A stretch of DNA of 37,179 nucleotides from a virus (taxonomy: Duplodnaviria; Heunggongvirae; Uroviricota; Caudoviricetes): the IMG/VR virus record IMGVR_UViG_2909303794_000005; one strand, written 5' to 3'. Both the position numbers and the translations under genes were made by a program. Positions 35,022-37,179 of this stretch are shown here, piece after piece (within the stretch, counting starts at the first letter, position 1; each line of letters starts with the position of its first letter). Under the pieces are notes generated by a model, which was not told where the DNA came from, made no database searches, and saw only the letters and a program-made list of their open reading frames with translations.

Positions 35022-35963
35022 ATGTTATTTTCCGCTAACTTTTTCACTAACGAAGTAACCAACGCTAAAGCAGTTATCAAATTTGGCACCGAAGCAAACA
35101 AGAAGATTCAGCCGAAAGTTGTTGCTCATGTTTCCTTTGCACAGCAGAAATCCGCTTTCGCTGGCTTTAAAGCACATCGTGAAGCACTGATCGCGGCTGG
35201 CTTTGGTGTTGACGGTAAACTGCCTAACGGCATTCGTAAAGCAATCGACCGCGTTAAACCTGCTAAAGACGTTGCAGTAGACCACATCGTTACTTTTACC
35301 GTTAAGAACTCTTCTGAACTGTTCCACCTGGTTATTGCTGGTGATACTGCTATCGTTTCCGCTCCTAACATGGATTTTCAGGATACCGCTGATTGCCAGA
35401 TCACCTTCGGTCGTCGTAAAGAAGTTACCGGAAAAGCTAAACTGAACTTCACTAAATCCGGCAATCCTTACTTTGCTGTATTCTTTAACAGCCACGCTAC
35501 CGAAAAAGAAGTTGTAGAACTGGTTGCTTATGAAGGTGAAGAGAAAGAACGTATTGAATCTTGCGAAGCATTTCTGGAACTGGAAGCACAGGTGAATGCT
35601 GTTTCTCCTGTTGTAGAAGATCGCTTTGCTGCACTGGAAGCACAGATCGCAGAACTGAAAGCTGCGCTGGAAGAAAAAGACCAGATTATCGAAGCCCAGA
35701 AAGCTGAAATTGAAGAACTGAAAGCTAAAGAAGTTGCTCCGGTGGCAGTAGTTGAAAATGCGGCTGATGAGGCCGCAAATGATGAAGTAGAAGTGAAAAT
35801 CGATGTGATGCGTGATCCGATGGCTGCACTGCAATTACTTCGTTCTTTTAAGGGCAAATCTCATTTTTCTAGTGATGTAGAAGATGAGGAAGAAGAACAG
35901 AAACGCAATGCTGCAATGCTTCATGATGAAATGTACGGTACTAACTTTTCTTACTGCCAATAA
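35022..35963 (+). CDS. acidic coiled-coil protein with host-like (high-expression) codon usage
   Basis: RBS AGGAG 8 nt upstream; 313 aa; heavy use of CTG, CGT, GCT, GGT, GAA, AAA codons unlike the AT-rich surrounding genes; Ala/Glu-rich heptads and acidic C-terminus. Confidence 0.6.
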   Translation: MLFSANFFTNEVTNAKAVIKFGTEANKKIQPKVVAHVSFAQQKSAFAGFKAHREALIAAGFGVDGKLPNGIRKAIDRVKPAKDVAVDHIVTFTVKNSSELFHLVIAGDTAIVSAPNMDFQDTADCQITFGRRKEVTGKAKLNFTKSGNPYFAVFFNSHATEKEVVELVAYEGEEKERIESCEAFLELEAQVNAVSPVVEDRFAALEAQIAELKAALEEKDQIIEAQKAEIEELKAKEVAPVAVVENAADEAANDEVEVKIDVMRDPMAALQLLRSFKGKSHFSSDVEDEEEEQKRNAAMLHDEMYGTNFSYCQ

Positions 35964-35966
35964 AAA

Positions 35967-35986
35967 AGGGACTCCGAAGAGTCCCT
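35967..35986. terminator. bidirectional terminator hairpin
   Basis: AGGGACTC CGAA GAGTCCCT, preceded by an A-run and followed by T-rich sequence. Confidence 0.55.
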
Positions 35987-36060
35987 AGTAAGTTTAGGTT
36001 AGGTTGCACAACAAAGATGAGGTTATAATGAACATAATGCTACATTATCTAGTAAAGCCA

Positions 36061-36087
36061 GAAAAATAACCGCCCCTTTCGAGGCGG
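36061..36087 (-). terminator. rho-independent terminator (minus strand)
   Basis: Minus-strand CCGCCUC GAAA GGGGCGG (GNRA loop) followed by TTATTTTTC. Confidence 0.55.
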
Positions 36088-36245
36088 GAGGATTAATACT
36101 CAATCTATACTTGTTATGTTTTTATGTTGTATAGTCACTGACTATGAAAACACTGTACTGAATGTGTTTTATGGCTTTTAATCGGGAACTCTCTTTCGAA
36201 AATTCCCTGTTAAAACCACATAAGGAGAAATGGCAGATTACAATA

Positions 36246-36530
36246 TTATTTAGTCTGTTTGAAAACAAACGTTAAAAATTCGATTAAGCAATATACCCAG
36301 CATACAGTAAGCAGTAGATGCATAGAAATAGCCGGATGGAAGTTAAAAAGTGTCATACTAACTAGACCAACAATATAAGAAATCCCTTCGACAATTAAAG
36401 CTAGACTAGAAAATGCAACAAACGCACCTAAGAATAATTCAGCACGTTCTCGATTTTCGGTTCCGAGTTTATAAGCAGAAATAACAGCCAGAATAGTAAT
36501 GATGACAGCATAGGTAATAAAAGTAGCCAT
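36246..36530 (-). CDS. small membrane protein with three predicted transmembrane helices
   Basis: RBS AAGAGGA upstream; 94 aa with three hydrophobic stretches of about 20 residues. Confidence 0.45.
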   Translation of the reverse strand: MATFITYAVIITILAVISAYKLGTENRERAELFLGAFVAFSSLALIVEGISYIVGLVSMTLFNFHPAISMHLLLTVCWVYCLIEFLTFVFKQTK

Positions 36531-36556
36531 AGTTTTATATCCTCTTAAAAGTTAAG

Positions 36557-36575
36557 CGGGGGAGAACATCCCCCG
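36557..36575 (-). terminator. GC-rich hairpin after terminase-small-like gene
   Basis: CGGGGGA GAACA TCCCCCG, same hairpin family as 19111-19129. Confidence 0.4.
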
Positions 36576-36624
36576 TAGACGTTGACCCGTTCAACATCTT
36601 TCATACATTTATTTATAACGCGTT

Positions 36625-37179
36625 TTAAGACACATCAAATTCATCGTCTTCTTCTGGTTCTTGTTCTTCCGGTTCATCCATTAATGGTAATTCTTCTTCC
36701 TCGTCTTCTCCCAAATCTGCATTTTCGAACAAGTCCCCTACTTCATTTAAACGACGCTCGATGATCTCCCTTAGCTTATTCTTCAATGTTTTCTGATCAG
36801 TGGCAGATTCAAGAATTTCTAAAGCGTCGATTGTGGCGATCTGCAAAATAGTCTGTTTCACCTTCCCGCAATATTCCGCTAGTTCCTGTTCTACATAACC
36901 GACCGGAATCAGGAGATTCATTGCTTCCTGGTTCTCTCGTTCGGCTGCATCCGCTAATGCTCTCTCACGGCGTAATTTCTCTACGTCGATTTGTTCCTTG
37001 ACAGTAGTTTCTTTAAGCGGGTTGATAATATTTTTCAAGACCCATTCTGTTCCTTCTTTGGCTGGCACGCGTCGTGTATTGGTATTAAATGGCATTCCTC
37101 GTTCTTGCCATTTCTTAGCGGCGTTGATTGTATAGCCGTATAAACGGGAAATTTCTGTAAGGGTTAATTCTTCTTTCAT
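36625..37179 (-). CDS. terminase small subunit-like protein (Nu1-type HTH); start at or beyond window edge
   Basis: N-terminal LTLTEISRLYGYTINAAKKWQERGMPF then EKLRRERA resembles lambda Nu1 (winged HTH, W.E.GMP) as recalled; acidic C-terminal tail. Confidence 0.55.
   Translation of the reverse strand: MKEELTLTEISRLYGYTINAAKKWQERGMPFNTNTRRVPAKEGTEWVLKNIINPLKETTVKEQIDVEKLRRERALADAAERENQEAMNLLIPVGYVEQELAEYCGKVKQTILQIATIDALEILESATDQKTLKNKLREIIERRLNEVGDLFENADLGEDEEEELPLMDEPEEQEPEEDDEFDVS

Noticed and set aside
35025-35834. 269 aa minus-strand ORF overlapping the 35022-35963 gene
   Set aside because: Antisense to an ORF with strong RBS and coherent codon usage; Phe/Cys/Ser-rich translation looks artefactual.
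1-37179. tRNA or rRNA genes
   Set aside because: No cloverleaf-like GC-rich segment of 70-90 nt with conserved T-loop (GTTCGAATC-type) was noticed by eye; a tRNAscan run would be needed to be certain.

Overview
This 37 kb window is a segment of a tailed dsDNA bacteriophage genome (siphovirus-like, enterobacterial host inferred from a canonical IS1 copy). From left to right: an early/accessory block (1-8400) with a large serine recombinase, two divergent T5orf172/GIY-YIG-like genes, a T4 UvsW-like helicase and a probable lysis cassette with an M15 peptidase; an intact 768 bp IS1 with 9 bp target duplications inserted in the last codons of the tail-tip gene (8534-9301); a long minus-strand morphogenesis operon (9280-30392: tail tip, minor tail proteins, tape measure, G/T chaperones, tail fibre with intramolecular chaperone domain, connectors, protease-scaffold-capsid fusion, portal, large terminase); and a bidirectional regulatory/accessory island (30478-36600) with Rha-like and HTH proteins, a GGGGCAAAAA iteron array, strong sigma70 promoters and a Nu1-like small terminase gene at the right edge. 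The most interesting signals are the IS1 disruption of the tail-tip C-terminus, homologous in-frame extensions behind the UGA stops of the capsid and putative tail tube genes, and the iteron array. All calls come from reading the sequence and recalled family motifs; no database search was run and I could not assign the phage to a named genus.
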